DNA of 64,000 nucleotides from Klebsiella pneumoniae (GTDB lineage: Bacteria; Desulfobacterota; Binatia; UBA12015). The DNA lies in assembly GCA_945872365.1 (NCBI GenBank), contig CAMBZJ010000004.1, positions 1,196 to 65,195 of the forward strand, given 5' to 3'. How positions within the stretch are numbered: position 1 is the stretch's first letter; every line of letters begins with the position of its first letter. A model generated the notes under the pieces. The model searched no databases. It saw nothing but the letters and a program-made list of their open reading frames with translations, and was not told where the DNA came from. The position numbers were made by a program, and so were the translations under genes. Positions 10,401 through 20,800 of the stretch are shown here, in pieces.

Positions 10401-10710
10401 TGGAACCTCGCTCTTCGAGTGCTTGGCGCTGCTCACCTTCGCAAGGTTCCAGCTCATGGCCGGTGACGCAGCGGTGGTCGCCGAGGTCGAGGGCTGCATC
10501 GAGCGAGCCGACGAGATCATCGAGGCCGACGGCCTCGCGAGCATGAAGCCGCTTGTCCACGTGCTCCGGGCTTTCCTCGCGGCGGGGTCGGGCGCGGCCG
10601 ACCGGACCGAGAAGGAGTTGCGGGTCGCGCAGGCGCTCTTCCTGCGCATGGGGGCGCCCGGCAACGCCGAGCGGGTGGCGGCTCTCCTGCCCGGGCTGGT
10701 CGCGCCATGA
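7399..10710 (+). CDS. Multidomain signalling protein: N-terminal zinc-ribbon, class III adenylate/guanylate cyclase catalytic domain, STAND/AAA ATPase, C-terminal TPR-like region
   Basis: CSACGSG..CRHCG zinc ribbon. Cyclase core: [14 protein letters not shown]...[13 protein letters not shown]...GLHSGPVV. P-loop: [13 protein letters not shown]. Long alpha-helical repeat tail. GTG start overlaps the DUF167 stop. Confidence 0.85.
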   Translation: MTTTDPPCSACGSGSTPGALFCRHCGMPLEAHPRPASPGVAGGSPIAEVVRERKPPSTEAPAGELKQVTVMFADVQGSVALSEQTDAEEWHAILSRFFALLAGAARRYGGVVSRFTGDGIMALFGAPVAQEDHAQRACHAAIHARDALSDYAAELRRAKGLSLSVRIGLHSGPVVAAWIGEAGASGYTALGPTVSVAERMERLAEPGHIYLTESTALLAGGFFELRDLGRFDLRLSQDPMRVFELERRGQQRTRLEFAPQRGLSQFVGRDDEIATLEAVLESASRGEGQVVEIVGDAGVGKSRICAEFTAEARHRGVSVVEIHGFAHLASMSYLTLIEDLRSAAQIDPRDPDQVAREKIDAFLLAWDPDMSADLALFHGILGLAADGASGLPRDPGSQAHALASVIERMAAATTRTGPVVLLVEDAQWLDPGSAGLLEALLWTVPATRLLVLLTFRPGYRPPRLPSVHVERIELAPLGTAAADEMLHTLLGDNPSVAPLATRIRDRARGNPFYLEEIVWSLSDGGFLDGERGRFRLTRPAQGVPLPATLQATLGARIDQLPAEQKRVLQVASVIGLEFDAALLRRVLGEDPPRLASSLTGLTRGGFLDRSDLDEQERYRFSHPLMHEEVYFSQLGDVRMRSHAMVALALAEIDSSQIDARAGLLAHHWENAGEALQAARWMARAAGWVSSRKVAEGLRSWTRVRDLVEGLPREEALQLAVDARVQMLVHGARIGLSEADSARIFAEGEVLASRLGDRRRLSALFGARSQVLGLAGDAQGSLELGRRALALVEGEGDRALTRDRRAELMFGLFSCGRFREVCELAESTLVPWPDGGEQVVLEDPHDVWILLFHAMSAVDMGKVVEARREIDIVIEAAQRIGALETLCVAWGFSPVVAQIAGDRADIELARARRALQLAEGLESPLSSYFARWGLGIAQLSAENWEEAERLLRSSLAGARESGVGLQGEAGMMSNLAEAIAGQGDLEGAVALAREAISVGRRRGTSLFECLALLTFARFQLMAGDAAVVAEVEGCIERADEIIEADGLASMKPLVHVLRAFLAAGSGAADRTEKELRVAQALFLRMGAPGNAERVAALLPGLVAP

Positions 10711-12374
10711 CGCCGCAACCCGGGGCCGGGCGCCTCGACGACCGGGGTCGCCTGCGCCTGCTCTACGAACTCGGGATCGGGTTCCTCACCCGCACCGACG
10801 TCGCCGAGATCGCGGAACTGGTCGTCGGAAAGTGTCGCGAGGTGTTTGACGCCGAGGGCGCGGCGGTCCTGCTCGTCGATCCCGTCCAGGGGGACCTCTA
10901 CTTCCCATGGGTTGCCCAGGCGAACCCGGAGGTCGCCCGGCGCCTGCGCGACGCCCGTGTCCCCGCGGGTCGCGGCATCGCGGGTGCCGTCCTGCGCACC
11001 GGGCGTGCGATGCGGGTCGACGACGTCGGGAAACAGCCGGAGTTCTACCGTGCGGTGGACTACGAGACCCGGTTCGAGACGCGCACCATGCTGGCGGCTC
11101 CCCTGGTTTCGGCATCCGGGCCGATCGGGGTCGTCGAGGTGGTGAACCGCCACGGCGGACCCTTCGACGAGGAGGATCTTCAATTCCTCGAGGCGCTCTC
11201 GCTGAGCATCGCGGTCGCGATGGACAATGCGCGCCTATACGCCCGTCTACGCGACGCGGAGGCGCAGCTCCGCGACGAGGTCGGCGTACTGCGTCGCGAC
11301 CTCGCGAGTCGAAGCCGCTTCGAGGAGATGGTCGGCTTCGCACCGGCGATGGAGGAGGTCTTCGGGTTGATGGAGAGCGCCGCCTCTTCGCCGATCACCG
11401 TTCTGATCGAGGGCGAGACGGGAACCGGCAAGGAACTCGCGGCACGGGCGATCCACCGCCAGAGTTCGCGCGGGCAGGGCCCTTTCGTCGCTGTGAACTG
11501 CGCAGCACTACCGGAGACACTGCTCGAGAGCGAGCTCTTCGGCCACAGACGGGGCGCCTTCACCGGCGCCGACCGCGATCGACGGGGACTCTTCGAGACG
11601 GCTTCGGGGGGGACCGTATTCCTCGACGAAGTCGGCGAAATGCCGCTCGCGATGCAGGCGAAGCTGCTGCGGGTTCTCCAGGAGTCGGAGGTCATTCCGC
11701 TCGGCGACTCGCGCCCCCGGCGCGTCGACGTCCGGATCCTGTCGGCGACCAACCGGAACCTGCGCGACGAGGTGGGCCACCATCGATTCCGGGACGATCT
11801 CTACTATCGACTGGCGGCATTCCCGATCCGGCTGCCGCCCCTCCGGGAGCGTCGGGAGGACATCCCGCCGCTCGTCGACCACTTCCTCGGTCGGGCCGCG
11901 GTCCGGCACGGCAAGTCGATCGACGCGATCGACACGGCGGCTCTCGACCGGCTCATGCGCTTCGACTGGCCCGGCAACGCGCGCGAACTCCAGAACGAGA
12001 TCGAGCGCGCGGTGGCGCTTGCCAGTTCGGGCGAACGCATCGCGGTGCGCCATCTGTCCGATCGAGTGCGCGGGTTCGCGGCGGGGGCCACTCCCACGGC
12101 ACCGCCGAATCGCACGGAGGCGCCGAGGGCGGCGAGTGACTCGTCCGCGCCGGTCCTGGTCGACGCGGGAAGCCTGCGCGAGGCGCGCGAGGCCTTCGAG
12201 GCGGACTTCATTCGCCGGATGCTCGATCGTCACGGGGGGAACGTCTCGCAGACAGCCCGGGCTCTCGGGCTCTCTCGCGCGATGCTGCACAAGAAGATCC
12301 GCAGCCTCGGCCTGCGCGGGGTCAGCGGCCCAGGCGGAGCCAGGCCGAGAGGAGCCACTTCGCGGTCGGGGTGA
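10707..12374 (+). CDS. Sigma-54-dependent transcriptional activator with N-terminal GAF domain (Fis-family HTH)
   Basis: GAF-like N-terminal domain. AAA+ sigma-54 interaction core: [51 protein letters not shown]-terminal HTH: [18 protein letters not shown]. Start overlaps the upstream stop (ATGA). Confidence 0.9.
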   Translation: MTPQPGAGRLDDRGRLRLLYELGIGFLTRTDVAEIAELVVGKCREVFDAEGAAVLLVDPVQGDLYFPWVAQANPEVARRLRDARVPAGRGIAGAVLRTGRAMRVDDVGKQPEFYRAVDYETRFETRTMLAAPLVSASGPIGVVEVVNRHGGPFDEEDLQFLEALSLSIAVAMDNARLYARLRDAEAQLRDEVGVLRRDLASRSRFEEMVGFAPAMEEVFGLMESAASSPITVLIEGETGTGKELAARAIHRQSSRGQGPFVAVNCAALPETLLESELFGHRRGAFTGADRDRRGLFETASGGTVFLDEVGEMPLAMQAKLLRVLQESEVIPLGDSRPRRVDVRILSATNRNLRDEVGHHRFRDDLYYRLAAFPIRLPPLRERREDIPPLVDHFLGRAAVRHGKSIDAIDTAALDRLMRFDWPGNARELQNEIERAVALASSGERIAVRHLSDRVRGFAAGATPTAPPNRTEAPRAASDSSAPVLVDAGSLREAREAFEADFIRRMLDRHGGNVSQTARALGLSRAMLHKKIRSLGLRGVSGPGGARPRGATSRSG

Positions 12375-13842
12375 GCCGGGTGCGCTGGTAGGCATCGGCG
12401 GCCTTCCGCACGATCTCGGCCCGGGTCGGGTAGGCGTGCACGGTCTCGGCGATGCGGCCGAGCCCGACCCCGGCGTTCATCGCGAGCACGACGACCGCGA
12501 GCGTCTCGCCGGCCTGGCGACCGACCATCGTCGCACCGAGGATCCGGTCGGTGCCGCGCCGCAGGTGAACCCGGAGCCAGCCTTCGGACTCGCCGTCGAG
12601 GACGGCGCGATCGACCTCGCGCATCGCCACCTCGATGGAGTCGAGCGCGATTCCCCGGCGCAGCGCTGCGGCGGGATCGAGGCCGACGTGTGCGACTTCG
12701 GGGTCGGTGAAGGTGCAGCGCGGCACGAGCAGGTCGGAGACGCGTCGGCGGCCGGCGAAGAGCGCGTTGCGCAATACGAGGCGTGACGCGGCATCGGCGG
12801 CATGGGTGAACTTGTCGCCGAGGCAGACGTCGCCCGAGGCGAAGACGCGGCGGTTGGTCGTGCGGAGATGGTCGTCCACCTCGATGCCGCCGGGGCCATG
12901 CCCGATGCCGGCCTGCTCCAGGCCGAGGCCTTCCACGTTCGCGGTTCGACCCGTGGCGACCAGGATCGCGTCGCAGGCGGTTGCGCCGTCGCCGCCCGGC
13001 GCGGTCCAGTGCAGGATCGACTCGCCGTCGGCGGCCCCGACGCGCAGCGGTTGCGCCGCGAGATGCACCTCCACCCCATCGGCGACGAGCGCCGCGCGGA
13101 GGATCTCGGCAGCGTCGGGGTTCTCGCGGGGCAGGATCCGATCCGCGCGCGAGAGGAGCGTTACCTTGCTGCCCAGGCGGGCGAAGGCCTGTCCGAGTTC
13201 ACAGCCGATCGGTCCGGCGCCGATCACCGCAAGCCGCCGCGGACGTTCGAGGAGTCCGAAGACGGACTCGCTGGTGAGGAACCCGCTGCGCTCGAGGCCG
13301 GGCAGGGTCGGCACCGAGGGACGCGCACCGGTCGCGATCAACGCGCGTCGAAAGCGGAGGATCGCCTCGCCGACGGCGATCGCTTCATCGGAGACGAAGC
13401 GCCCCTCGCCGAAGAAGACGTCGACCCCGAGGTCGCGCAGGCGCATCGCCGAGTCGTGGCCGGAGAGTTCCGCCCGCAGTCGTCGCAGGCGGGTCATCAC
13501 GGCGGGGAAGTCGATCGCGACATCCCCGACTCCGACCCCGAAGGCGGGGGCGAGGCGCGCCTCCGCCGCGGCACGGGCCGAGCGCAGGAGGGCCTTCGAC
13601 GGGACGCAGCCGGTATTCAGGCAGTCGCCGCCCATGCGGTCCCGCTCGATCAGGGCGACGCGGGCGCCGAGTCCGGCGGCGCCGGCCGCCGCGACCAGGC
13701 CCGCGGTGCCGGCGCCGAGGACGACCAGGTCGTAGCGCGCGGCCGGCGCCGGGGACGACCACCCGGCGGGGCGCACGCGAGCGTCGAGGAGCGCGTCGAA
13801 CGGGTCCGGCGCTCGCGGATCGGGTGCAGATCGGTCGCTCAT
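12322..13842 (-). CDS. FAD-dependent pyridine nucleotide-disulfide oxidoreductase (dihydrolipoamide dehydrogenase / mercuric reductase-like class I)
   Basis: [47 protein letters not shown] carries the redox-active CxxxxC. A NAD-binding GxGxxG and C-terminal dimerisation domain are present. It overlaps the convergent EBP gene by ~53 nt. Confidence 0.8.
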   Translation of the reverse strand: MSDRSAPDPRAPDPFDALLDARVRPAGWSSPAPAARYDLVVLGAGTAGLVAAAGAAGLGARVALIERDRMGGDCLNTGCVPSKALLRSARAAAEARLAPAFGVGVGDVAIDFPAVMTRLRRLRAELSGHDSAMRLRDLGVDVFFGEGRFVSDEAIAVGEAILRFRRALIATGARPSVPTLPGLERSGFLTSESVFGLLERPRRLAVIGAGPIGCELGQAFARLGSKVTLLSRADRILPRENPDAAEILRAALVADGVEVHLAAQPLRVGAADGESILHWTAPGGDGATACDAILVATGRTANVEGLGLEQAGIGHGPGGIEVDDHLRTTNRRVFASGDVCLGDKFTHAADAASRLVLRNALFAGRRRVSDLLVPRCTFTDPEVAHVGLDPAAALRRGIALDSIEVAMREVDRAVLDGESEGWLRVHLRRGTDRILGATMVGRQAGETLAVVVLAMNAGVGLGRIAETVHAYPTRAEIVRKAADAYQRTRLTPTAKWLLSAWLRLGR

Positions 13843-14053
13843 CGCGCCACCGCCGGTTCCTTCCTTGAAATGAGGGGGCGATCCTGCCACCGATGGGGTC
13901 GGGACACGTTTCCTCCGTCGCTGCGCGGTCCGCCGGTCCGCGTCGGTGCACCGGGGGTGGGCGGTTCAGGCTGGTTGCCACGGGGCCAGCGGGCATGCAA
14001 CCGGAATCATCCTCGACCCGAAGCGTCGGGCCGTGCAACAGCGGGGAGAAGCG

Positions 14054-15202
14054 ATGGGCAACCCTCTCGTCGAGGTCCAGAAGTTCGGCCAGAGCATCTG
14101 GTACGACAACATCCGCCGGGGCATCATCACCTCCGGACAACTCCAGTCGATGATCGACGAGGACGGGCTGCTCGGCATCACCTCGAACCCGGCCATCTTC
14201 GAGAAGGCGATCAACGAGAGCCGCGACTACGACCAGGCGATCCGCGCGGAGGTCGCGCGCGGCGGTGGCGCCCCGATGGACGTCTACGAGAGTCTCGCCA
14301 TGGACGACATCCGCTGGGCGGCCGATCTGCTTCATCCGGTCTGGGAGCGGACCGATGGACGCGACGGCTGGGTGAGTTTCGAGGTCGCCCCGGCGCTCGC
14401 GAACGACACCGACGGCACCGTGCAGTACGCGAAGCGGGTCCACGCGGCGATCGCGCGCGACAACGTGCTGATCAAGGTCCCGGCCACCCCGGCCGGCATG
14501 CCGGCGATCGCGGCGCTCATCGGGGAGGGCATCAGCGTCAACGTGACGCTGCTCTTCGCGGTCGAGGCCTACGAGAACTGCGCGAACGCCTATATGGACG
14601 GGCTCGAGCGCCATGCGGCGCGTGGCGGCGACGTTTCGCGCGTGGCGAGTGTGGCGAGCTTCTTCGTGAGCCGCATCGACAGCCTGGTCGACGACGAACT
14701 CGCCAAGCTCGCGGCACAAGAGAAGGACCCGGCCCGCAAGGCGAGGATCGAGGGGCTTGCCGGCAAGATCGCGATCGCCAACGCGAAGATCGCCTACGAC
14801 CTCTACCTCCAGTTGATCGCCCGGCCCCGCTGGCAGGCCCTCGCGGCGAAGGGTGCGCGCACGCAACGGGTCCTGTGGGCATCGACGAGCACGAAGAACC
14901 CGAGCTACCCGAAGACGCTCTACGTCGATTCGCTCATCGGACGCGATACCGTGAACACCATCCCGGAGGAGACGTTCGTCGAGTACCGCAGGAGCGGCCG
15001 CCCGCACGCCGCCCTGCAGGAGAACTGGCCCGCGCAACTCGCCGAGGCCAGGGCGCAGGTGCAGGAAATGGAGAGTTTCGGCCTGCCGATGAAGTCGGTC
15101 ACCGACCGGCTACTCGTCGAAGGCGTGCGCAAGTTCGTGGAGCCGATGGACAAGTTGCTCGCGGCGATCGGAAAGAAGCGCGCCTCGCTCGAAGCGGCCT
15201 GA
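14054..15202 (+). CDS. tal: Transaldolase
   Basis: MGNPLVEVQKFGQSIWYDNIRRG...LGITSNPAIFEKAI...VLIKVPATPAGMPAIAALIGEGISVNVTLLF. GGGGAGAAG SD. Confidence 0.9.
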   Translation: MGNPLVEVQKFGQSIWYDNIRRGIITSGQLQSMIDEDGLLGITSNPAIFEKAINESRDYDQAIRAEVARGGGAPMDVYESLAMDDIRWAADLLHPVWERTDGRDGWVSFEVAPALANDTDGTVQYAKRVHAAIARDNVLIKVPATPAGMPAIAALIGEGISVNVTLLFAVEAYENCANAYMDGLERHAARGGDVSRVASVASFFVSRIDSLVDDELAKLAAQEKDPARKARIEGLAGKIAIANAKIAYDLYLQLIARPRWQALAAKGARTQRVLWASTSTKNPSYPKTLYVDSLIGRDTVNTIPEETFVEYRRSGRPHAALQENWPAQLAEARAQVQEMESFGLPMKSVTDRLLVEGVRKFVEPMDKLLAAIGKKRASLEAA

Positions 15203-15264
15203 ACGCAAGACGCCCCCGGTCGCGACCGCCGGGAAATCACCCCAGGACGAGGAGAGAAAGCAGC

Positions 15265-17331
15265 ATGGCGGCAGGAGGGGATCAGGATTTCGACCGGAAG
15301 TGCATCGACACGATTCGCACCCTGGCGATGGACGCGGTGCAGTCGGCGAACTCGGGCCACCCCGGTACGCCCATGGCCCTGGCACCGCTCGGCTACACTC
15401 TCTGGCAGGACTACCTTCGCTACGATCCCGCCGACCCGACCTGGCCCGACCGGGACCGTTTTGTCCTGTCCAACGGCCATGCCTCGATGCTGCTCTACTC
15501 GCTGATCTTTCTCTCGGGCATCGAGGCGGTGGGGGCGCGCGGCGAGCCGCTCGGTCGCCCGAGCCTGACCCTCGACGAGATCAAGCGCTTCCGGCAACTC
15601 GAGAGCCTGACGCCGGGGCACCCGGAATACCACCACGCGGCCGGCGTGGAGACGACCACCGGGCCGCTTGGCCAGGGGCTTGCGAATTCCGTCGGCATGG
15701 CGATGGCGGGGGCCTGGCTGGCGGCGCGCTACAACCGCCCGGGCTTCGAGCTCATTGGCTTCGACGTCTACGCGGTCTGCGGCGACGGCTGCATGATGGA
15801 GGGCATCTCGAACGAGGCCGCCTCGCTCGCGGCACACCAGAAGCTCTCGAAGCTCTGCTGGTTCTACGACGACAACCACATCACGATCGAGGGCAAGACC
15901 GACCTCGCGTTCAGCGAGGACGTCGGCGGTCGTTTCGCGGCACTCGGCTGGAACGTGCTGCACGTTGCCGACGCGAACGACCGGGCCGAGATCTCGCGCG
16001 CCATCGAAGCGTTCCGCGCGACGACCGACCGGCCGACCCTGGTCGTGGTCCGCAGCCACATCGGGTGGGGCGCCCCCAACAGGCAGGACACCGCCGCCGC
16101 GCATGGCGAACCGCTCGGCGAAGAGGAAATCCGCCTCGCCAAGCGCGCCTACGGTTGGCCGGAGGACGCGAAATTCCTGGTTCCCGACGGCGTGCGCGAG
16201 CACTTCGCGGCCGGGATGGGGGTGCGCGGTCGCGGGTTGCGCGACGGCTGGCAAGCGCGCCTCGCCGAGTACCGCAAGCAGTTCCCCGAGCCGGCGGCGG
16301 AGCTCGATTGCCTGCTTGCCGGGGACCTGCCGGCGGGCTGGGATCGCGATCTGCCGCAGTTTCCCGCCGATCCGAAGGGGCTTGCCAGCCGGGAGTCCTC
16401 GGGCAAGGTCCTGAACGCGATCGGGAAGAACGTGCCCTGGTTGCTCGGCGGCGCCGCCGACCTCGCACCCTCGACGAAGACGCTGCTCGTTTTCGAGGGT
16501 GCCGGACAGTTTCAGGCGGGAAGCCACGGCGGACGCAACTTCCACTTCGGCATCCGCGAACACGCCATGTCGGCGATCCTCAATGGGCTTGCGCTCTCGA
16601 AGCTGCGGCCCTACGGCGCCGGATTCCTCATCTTCTCCGATTACGCCCGCGGCGCGATGCGCCTCTCGGCGCTCATGCAACTGCCGGTGATCTACATCTT
16701 CACCCACGACTCGATCGGCGTCGGGGAGGACGGGCCGACCCACCAGCCGATCGAGCAGCTTGCCGGCTTGCGTGCGGTCCCGGGAATGACGGTCATCCGA
16801 CCGGCCGATGCGAACGAGGTCGTCGCGGCCTGGAAGGTGATCATGCAGCACGATCACGGGCCGGTCTGCCTCGTCCTGAGCCGCCAGGCCCTGCCGACGC
16901 TCGACCGCACCCGCTTCGCCCCGGCCGACGGGCTTGCTCGCGGCGGCTACGTGCTGGCCGACGGGGGAGGAGTTCCCGAGGTCATCCTGATCGGAACCGG
17001 GAGCGAGGTGTCGCTCTGCGTCTCCGCCCACGAGGTTCTCGTCAAGCGTGGCGTGCGATCGCGGGTCGTGAGTCTGCCCTCCTGGGAGATCTTCTCGGCC
17101 CAGGAGGCCTCCTACCGGGACACGGTCCTGCCGCCCGCCGTGCGGGCGCGGGTGGCGGTCGAGCAGGCCGCGACCTTCGGCTGGGAGCGCTGGGTCGGCC
17201 TCGACGGTGCGGTGATCGGAATGACTTCTTTCGGCGCCTCGGCGCCCGTCAAGGATCTGCTCGGCCACTTCGGCTTCACCTCCGAGGCGATCGTGCAGGC
17301 GGCGCTCGCCCGGATCGGGCGCCCCGCCTGA
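15265..17331 (+). CDS. tkt: Transketolase
   Basis: CIDTIRTLAMDAVQSANSGHPGTPMALAPL...DRDRFVLSNGHASMLLYSL...GPLGQGLANSVGMAMA. Confidence 0.9.
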   Translation: MAAGGDQDFDRKCIDTIRTLAMDAVQSANSGHPGTPMALAPLGYTLWQDYLRYDPADPTWPDRDRFVLSNGHASMLLYSLIFLSGIEAVGARGEPLGRPSLTLDEIKRFRQLESLTPGHPEYHHAAGVETTTGPLGQGLANSVGMAMAGAWLAARYNRPGFELIGFDVYAVCGDGCMMEGISNEAASLAAHQKLSKLCWFYDDNHITIEGKTDLAFSEDVGGRFAALGWNVLHVADANDRAEISRAIEAFRATTDRPTLVVVRSHIGWGAPNRQDTAAAHGEPLGEEEIRLAKRAYGWPEDAKFLVPDGVREHFAAGMGVRGRGLRDGWQARLAEYRKQFPEPAAELDCLLAGDLPAGWDRDLPQFPADPKGLASRESSGKVLNAIGKNVPWLLGGAADLAPSTKTLLVFEGAGQFQAGSHGGRNFHFGIREHAMSAILNGLALSKLRPYGAGFLIFSDYARGAMRLSALMQLPVIYIFTHDSIGVGEDGPTHQPIEQLAGLRAVPGMTVIRPADANEVVAAWKVIMQHDHGPVCLVLSRQALPTLDRTRFAPADGLARGGYVLADGGGVPEVILIGTGSEVSLCVSAHEVLVKRGVRSRVVSLPSWEIFSAQEASYRDTVLPPAVRARVAVEQAATFGWERWVGLDGAVIGMTSFGASAPVKDLLGHFGFTSEAIVQAALARIGRPA

Positions 17332-17379
17332 GCCCGCGCCGGGAGGCGTGACTTCGGGACGGGATCGAGGGTCATCGAC

Positions 17380-18081
17380 TTGGCAGCAGAGGAGGCCAGC
17401 CTCGACGGAATCGCCGCGCGGGCACTCGATTGGGTTCGACCGGGCGAGGTCCTCGGACTCGGGACCGGCCGGGCCGCGTCGAGCTTCGTGCGCATGCTCG
17501 GCGAGCGCGTGCGGGCGGGACTCGCCGTGCGTGGCGTACCCACGTCGGTAGTGACGGCGGCACTGGCCCGGGAGGTCGGGATCCCGCTGCTCGAACTCGC
17601 GGCGGTGGACGAGATCGCGACCACCTTCGACGGGGCCGACGAGGTCGATCCGCATCTCGACCTGATCAAGGGCTACGGTGGCGCGCTGGTCCGCGAGAAG
17701 ATCGTCGCCGCATCTTCGCGGCACCTGGTGATCCTCGTCGGGTCCGAGAAGATGGTCGGTCGGCTCGGCGAGCGCGGACGGCTGCCGATCGAGATCGTGC
17801 CGTTCGGGCTCCCGCTGTGCCGACGGCGGCTCGCGGAGATGGGACTCGCACCCGTGCTGCGCGGCGGCGAGGCCGAGCCCTGGCGGACCGACAACGGGAA
17901 TCTCGTGCTCGACGCGACAGTCGGGCCGATCGCCGAGCCGGCCGATTTCGAGCGACGCCTGCTGGCCATCCCGGGCGTGGTCGGCACGGGCCTCTTCGTC
18001 GGCATGGCCGATGTCGTCCTGGTGCAGCGCGGAGCCGAGGTGCTGGTCCTCGAGCGTGGCGGGCAGGGCAGCGGAGCCTGA
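17380..18081 (+). CDS. rpiA: Ribose-5-phosphate isomerase A
   Basis: GEVLGLGTGRAASSFVRMLGERV...DGADEVDPHLDLIKGYGGALVREKIVAASSRHLVILVGSEKMV. TTG start per the ORF track. Confidence 0.8.
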   Translation: MAAEEASLDGIAARALDWVRPGEVLGLGTGRAASSFVRMLGERVRAGLAVRGVPTSVVTAALAREVGIPLLELAAVDEIATTFDGADEVDPHLDLIKGYGGALVREKIVAASSRHLVILVGSEKMVGRLGERGRLPIEIVPFGLPLCRRRLAEMGLAPVLRGGEAEPWRTDNGNLVLDATVGPIAEPADFERRLLAIPGVVGTGLFVGMADVVLVQRGAEVLVLERGGQGSGA

Positions 18082-18125
18082 ACTCGGAGCGCGACGGCGG
18101 AGCCGCCGTCGGGAGCGAAGTGGCG

Positions 18126-19664
18126 ATGGCAGAGAACGAAAACCCCCTCCAGGCCGGGCAGGACTCGGGTCCGGTGGCCCAGCCCTGCACGCTCGTGATC
18201 TTCGGCGCGGCTGGCGACTTGGCGCGACGCAAGCTCGTCCCCGCCGTCTATAACCTCGCGCTCGACGGCGTGCTGCCGGCGAACTTCGCAGTCGTCGGAT
18301 TCGCGCGTCGCGAGTTGAGCGACGAGGAGTTCCGCGCCTCGGGCCGCGAAGGCGTCGACCGCTTCTCTCGCCGCATCAGCGAGAGCGCCCGGTGGTCCGA
18401 GTTCGAACGCGGGCTCTTCTACGTTCCCGGTTCCTTCGAGGATCCCGCGGCCTACGCCGCGTTGAAGAAGCGCATCGAGGAGGTCGAGCCCGGCTTCGGC
18501 ATCCCGGGCAACCGGGTGTTCTACCTGTCGGTCCCGCCGAGCGAAATCGTTCCCTGCGTGAGGCAGCTCGAAGCGGCCGGGCTGCTCGGCCGCGACGAAC
18601 CGGGCAAGCCCTTCTCGCGGGTGATCGTCGAGAAGCCGATCGGACACGACTTGGCGAGTGCGCGGGAGATCGACGGGGCGGTCTCGTCGGTCTGCGACGA
18701 GAAGCAGATCTTCCGCATCGACCACTACCTCGGCAAAGAGACGGTGCAGAGCCTGCTCGTCATGCGGTTCGCCAACTCGATCTTCGAGCCGCTCTGGAAC
18801 CAGAAGTACATCGACCACGTGCAGATCACGGTCGCCGAGGAGGAGGGTGTGGGCACCCGGGCCAACTACTACGAGGGCGCCGGGGCGCTGCGGGACATGG
18901 TGCAGAACCACATCCTGCAACTCCTCTGCCTGGTGGCGATGGAGCCCCCCTTCGAGATGACGGCCGACGTGGTCCGCGACCACAAGGTCGCCGTGCTCAA
19001 GTGCCTGCGCCCGATCCCGCTCGGCGACGAGATGGATCGCCACGTCGTCCGTGCCCAGTACGCGGCGGGGTTCCACCGCGGGGTGGAGGTTCCGGGCTAT
19101 CGGCGCGAGGATCGCGTGAAGGCCGACTCGACGACGGAGACCTACGTCGCCATCAAGGCCTTCGTCGACAACTGGCGCTGGGCGGGGGTCCCATTCTACC
19201 TGCGCACCGGCAAGCGACTGCCGAAGCGCGCGAGCGAGATCGCCGTTCAGTTCAAGGACGTTCCGCAGATGCTGTTCAACGCCTCGGGAACGCCGCTCGA
19301 GCCCAACGTGCTTGCGATCCGCATCCAGCCCGACGAGGGGCTCTCCCTGCGCATCGCGACCAAGCTGCCGGGGACGCGCGTGCGGATCTACCCGGTGAAG
19401 ATGGACTTCCGCTACGGCTCGACCTTCGGCGACCAGTCGCCGGAGGCCTACGAACGCCTGTTGCTCGACGTGATGGCGGGGGATGCGACCCTGTTCATGC
19501 GGCGCGATGCGGTCGAGGCCTCCTGGGCCTGGGTGACCGCGATCCTCGACGGCTGGCAGGCCCGCGGCACTCGCTACCTGCCGGAGTACCCGGCCGGCAC
19601 CTGGGGGCCGATCGAGGCTGATCGGCTCATCGAGGCCGATCGGCGCGCCTGGCGCGTCCTTTGA
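18126..19664 (+). CDS. zwf: Glucose-6-phosphate 1-dehydrogenase
   Basis: LVIFGAAGDLARRKLVPAVYNL...RIDHYLGKETVQSLLVMRFANSIFEPLWN...DMVQNHILQLLCLVAMEPP. Confidence 0.9.
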   Translation: MAENENPLQAGQDSGPVAQPCTLVIFGAAGDLARRKLVPAVYNLALDGVLPANFAVVGFARRELSDEEFRASGREGVDRFSRRISESARWSEFERGLFYVPGSFEDPAAYAALKKRIEEVEPGFGIPGNRVFYLSVPPSEIVPCVRQLEAAGLLGRDEPGKPFSRVIVEKPIGHDLASAREIDGAVSSVCDEKQIFRIDHYLGKETVQSLLVMRFANSIFEPLWNQKYIDHVQITVAEEEGVGTRANYYEGAGALRDMVQNHILQLLCLVAMEPPFEMTADVVRDHKVAVLKCLRPIPLGDEMDRHVVRAQYAAGFHRGVEVPGYRREDRVKADSTTETYVAIKAFVDNWRWAGVPFYLRTGKRLPKRASEIAVQFKDVPQMLFNASGTPLEPNVLAIRIQPDEGLSLRIATKLPGTRVRIYPVKMDFRYGSTFGDQSPEAYERLLLDVMAGDATLFMRRDAVEASWAWVTAILDGWQARGTRYLPEYPAGTWGPIEADRLIEADRRAWRVL

Positions 19665-20767
19665 GCGGGGATCTCGCCACCCCGGCAGGGTCGGGCTGGA
19701 GCGAGGCGCGACCGGTCGACATCGATGGGATCGAGCGCGAACTCGAAGGGCTGCTGCGCTCGCCGCAGGCCGAGGGCGAACCCGTCGTCTCGCGCGCCTG
19801 CATGTCGAACCTGATGGTTTTCGCCCGCGGCGCGGACCAGGCCGCCGAGGTCGCCTCGGAGATCGCGGCAATCGCCGAACATCACCCTTCGCGGGTGCTG
19901 CTGCTGGTCGACGAACCCGGGAGCGACCCCGGGCCCCATGCCTGGGTCTCCACCCTCTGTCACCTCGGCGAGGGCGGACGGCGGATCTGCTCCGAGCAGG
20001 TGTCGATCCGGGCCGGTGGCGAGGCGCTGCGCCGCCTGCCTTCGATCGCGCGACCGCTGCTCGTCGGAGACCTGCCGACGGCGCTTTGGTGGGCCGCCGC
20101 GATGCCACCGCCGCTTGGCGGGGATCTTTTCTTCGAACTCGCCGCAATGGCCCGGCGGGTGATCTGGGACAGCGCCGCCTGGGAGCAGGAGGCGCAAGGG
20201 CTCGCTTGCGTGGGCGATTGGGCCGGCGGCGTGGACCCGGCGATCGGACTGAGCGATCTCGCCTGGGTGCGCCTCGCCCCGTGGCGTTCGATGGTAGCGG
20301 GCCTTCTCGGCGGGTCGGCGGCGGAACTGCGGACGGTGCGCATCGAGCACGGCCCCCACGCGCTCCCCAAGGCGCTGCTCTTCGTCGGGTGGCTCGCGAG
20401 TCGACTCGGGTGGCGGCCATGGGCGCCGGGACGGGTGGGCGGCGACGCGGCGCGATGGGAGTTCACGTCGACGTCGGGAAGCATTTCGGTCGAGGTGTGC
20501 CGCATCGCCGAGGCCGCACCCGCGATCGTCGCGGTGATCCTCGGGACGGTGGTCGGGGGAATAGGGCGCGAGGTCGTGGTGCGTCGGTCCGTCGACGGAC
20601 GCCTGGTCCGCGACCTCGCCGCACCTGGCATGGGCTCGACCGTGTCGGGCCCCTCGTCGAGTCGCGGTAGCCTCGTCTCGAGGGAACTTCCCGATCTCGA
20701 CGGCGATCCCCTCTACCGGGCCGCCCTGCCGTTCGCGCGCGCGATGGCGACGGACGTCGTCCGCTGA
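19661..20767 (+). CDS. opcA: OpcA-like glucose-6-phosphate dehydrogenase assembly protein
   Basis: Overlaps the zwf stop (TTGA). Size and position after zwf fit. Motifs: SRACMSNLMVFARGADQAAEVASEIAAIAEHHPSRVLLLV...GDLPTALWWAAAM. Confidence 0.75.
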   Translation: MSGDLATPAGSGWSEARPVDIDGIERELEGLLRSPQAEGEPVVSRACMSNLMVFARGADQAAEVASEIAAIAEHHPSRVLLLVDEPGSDPGPHAWVSTLCHLGEGGRRICSEQVSIRAGGEALRRLPSIARPLLVGDLPTALWWAAAMPPPLGGDLFFELAAMARRVIWDSAAWEQEAQGLACVGDWAGGVDPAIGLSDLAWVRLAPWRSMVAGLLGGSAAELRTVRIEHGPHALPKALLFVGWLASRLGWRPWAPGRVGGDAARWEFTSTSGSISVEVCRIAEAAPAIVAVILGTVVGGIGREVVVRRSVDGRLVRDLAAPGMGSTVSGPSSSRGSLVSRELPDLDGDPLYRAALPFARAMATDVVR

Positions 20768-20800
20768 CGGTCTGCGGATCCCTCCGCCAGGCAGACGAGG

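Noticed and set aside
12802-17331. 1509-aa ORF on the plus strand
   Set aside because: Only the last 689 codons (from ATG 15265, with SD) are transketolase. The upstream 2.4 kb is read-through across the minus-strand oxidoreductase and the tal gene in a wrong frame (R/G/P-rich).
17673-20420. 915-aa minus-strand ORF and overlapping 19574..21427 (617 aa)
   Set aside because: Antisense shadows of rpiA/zwf/opcA, with proline/arginine-rich low-complexity translations.
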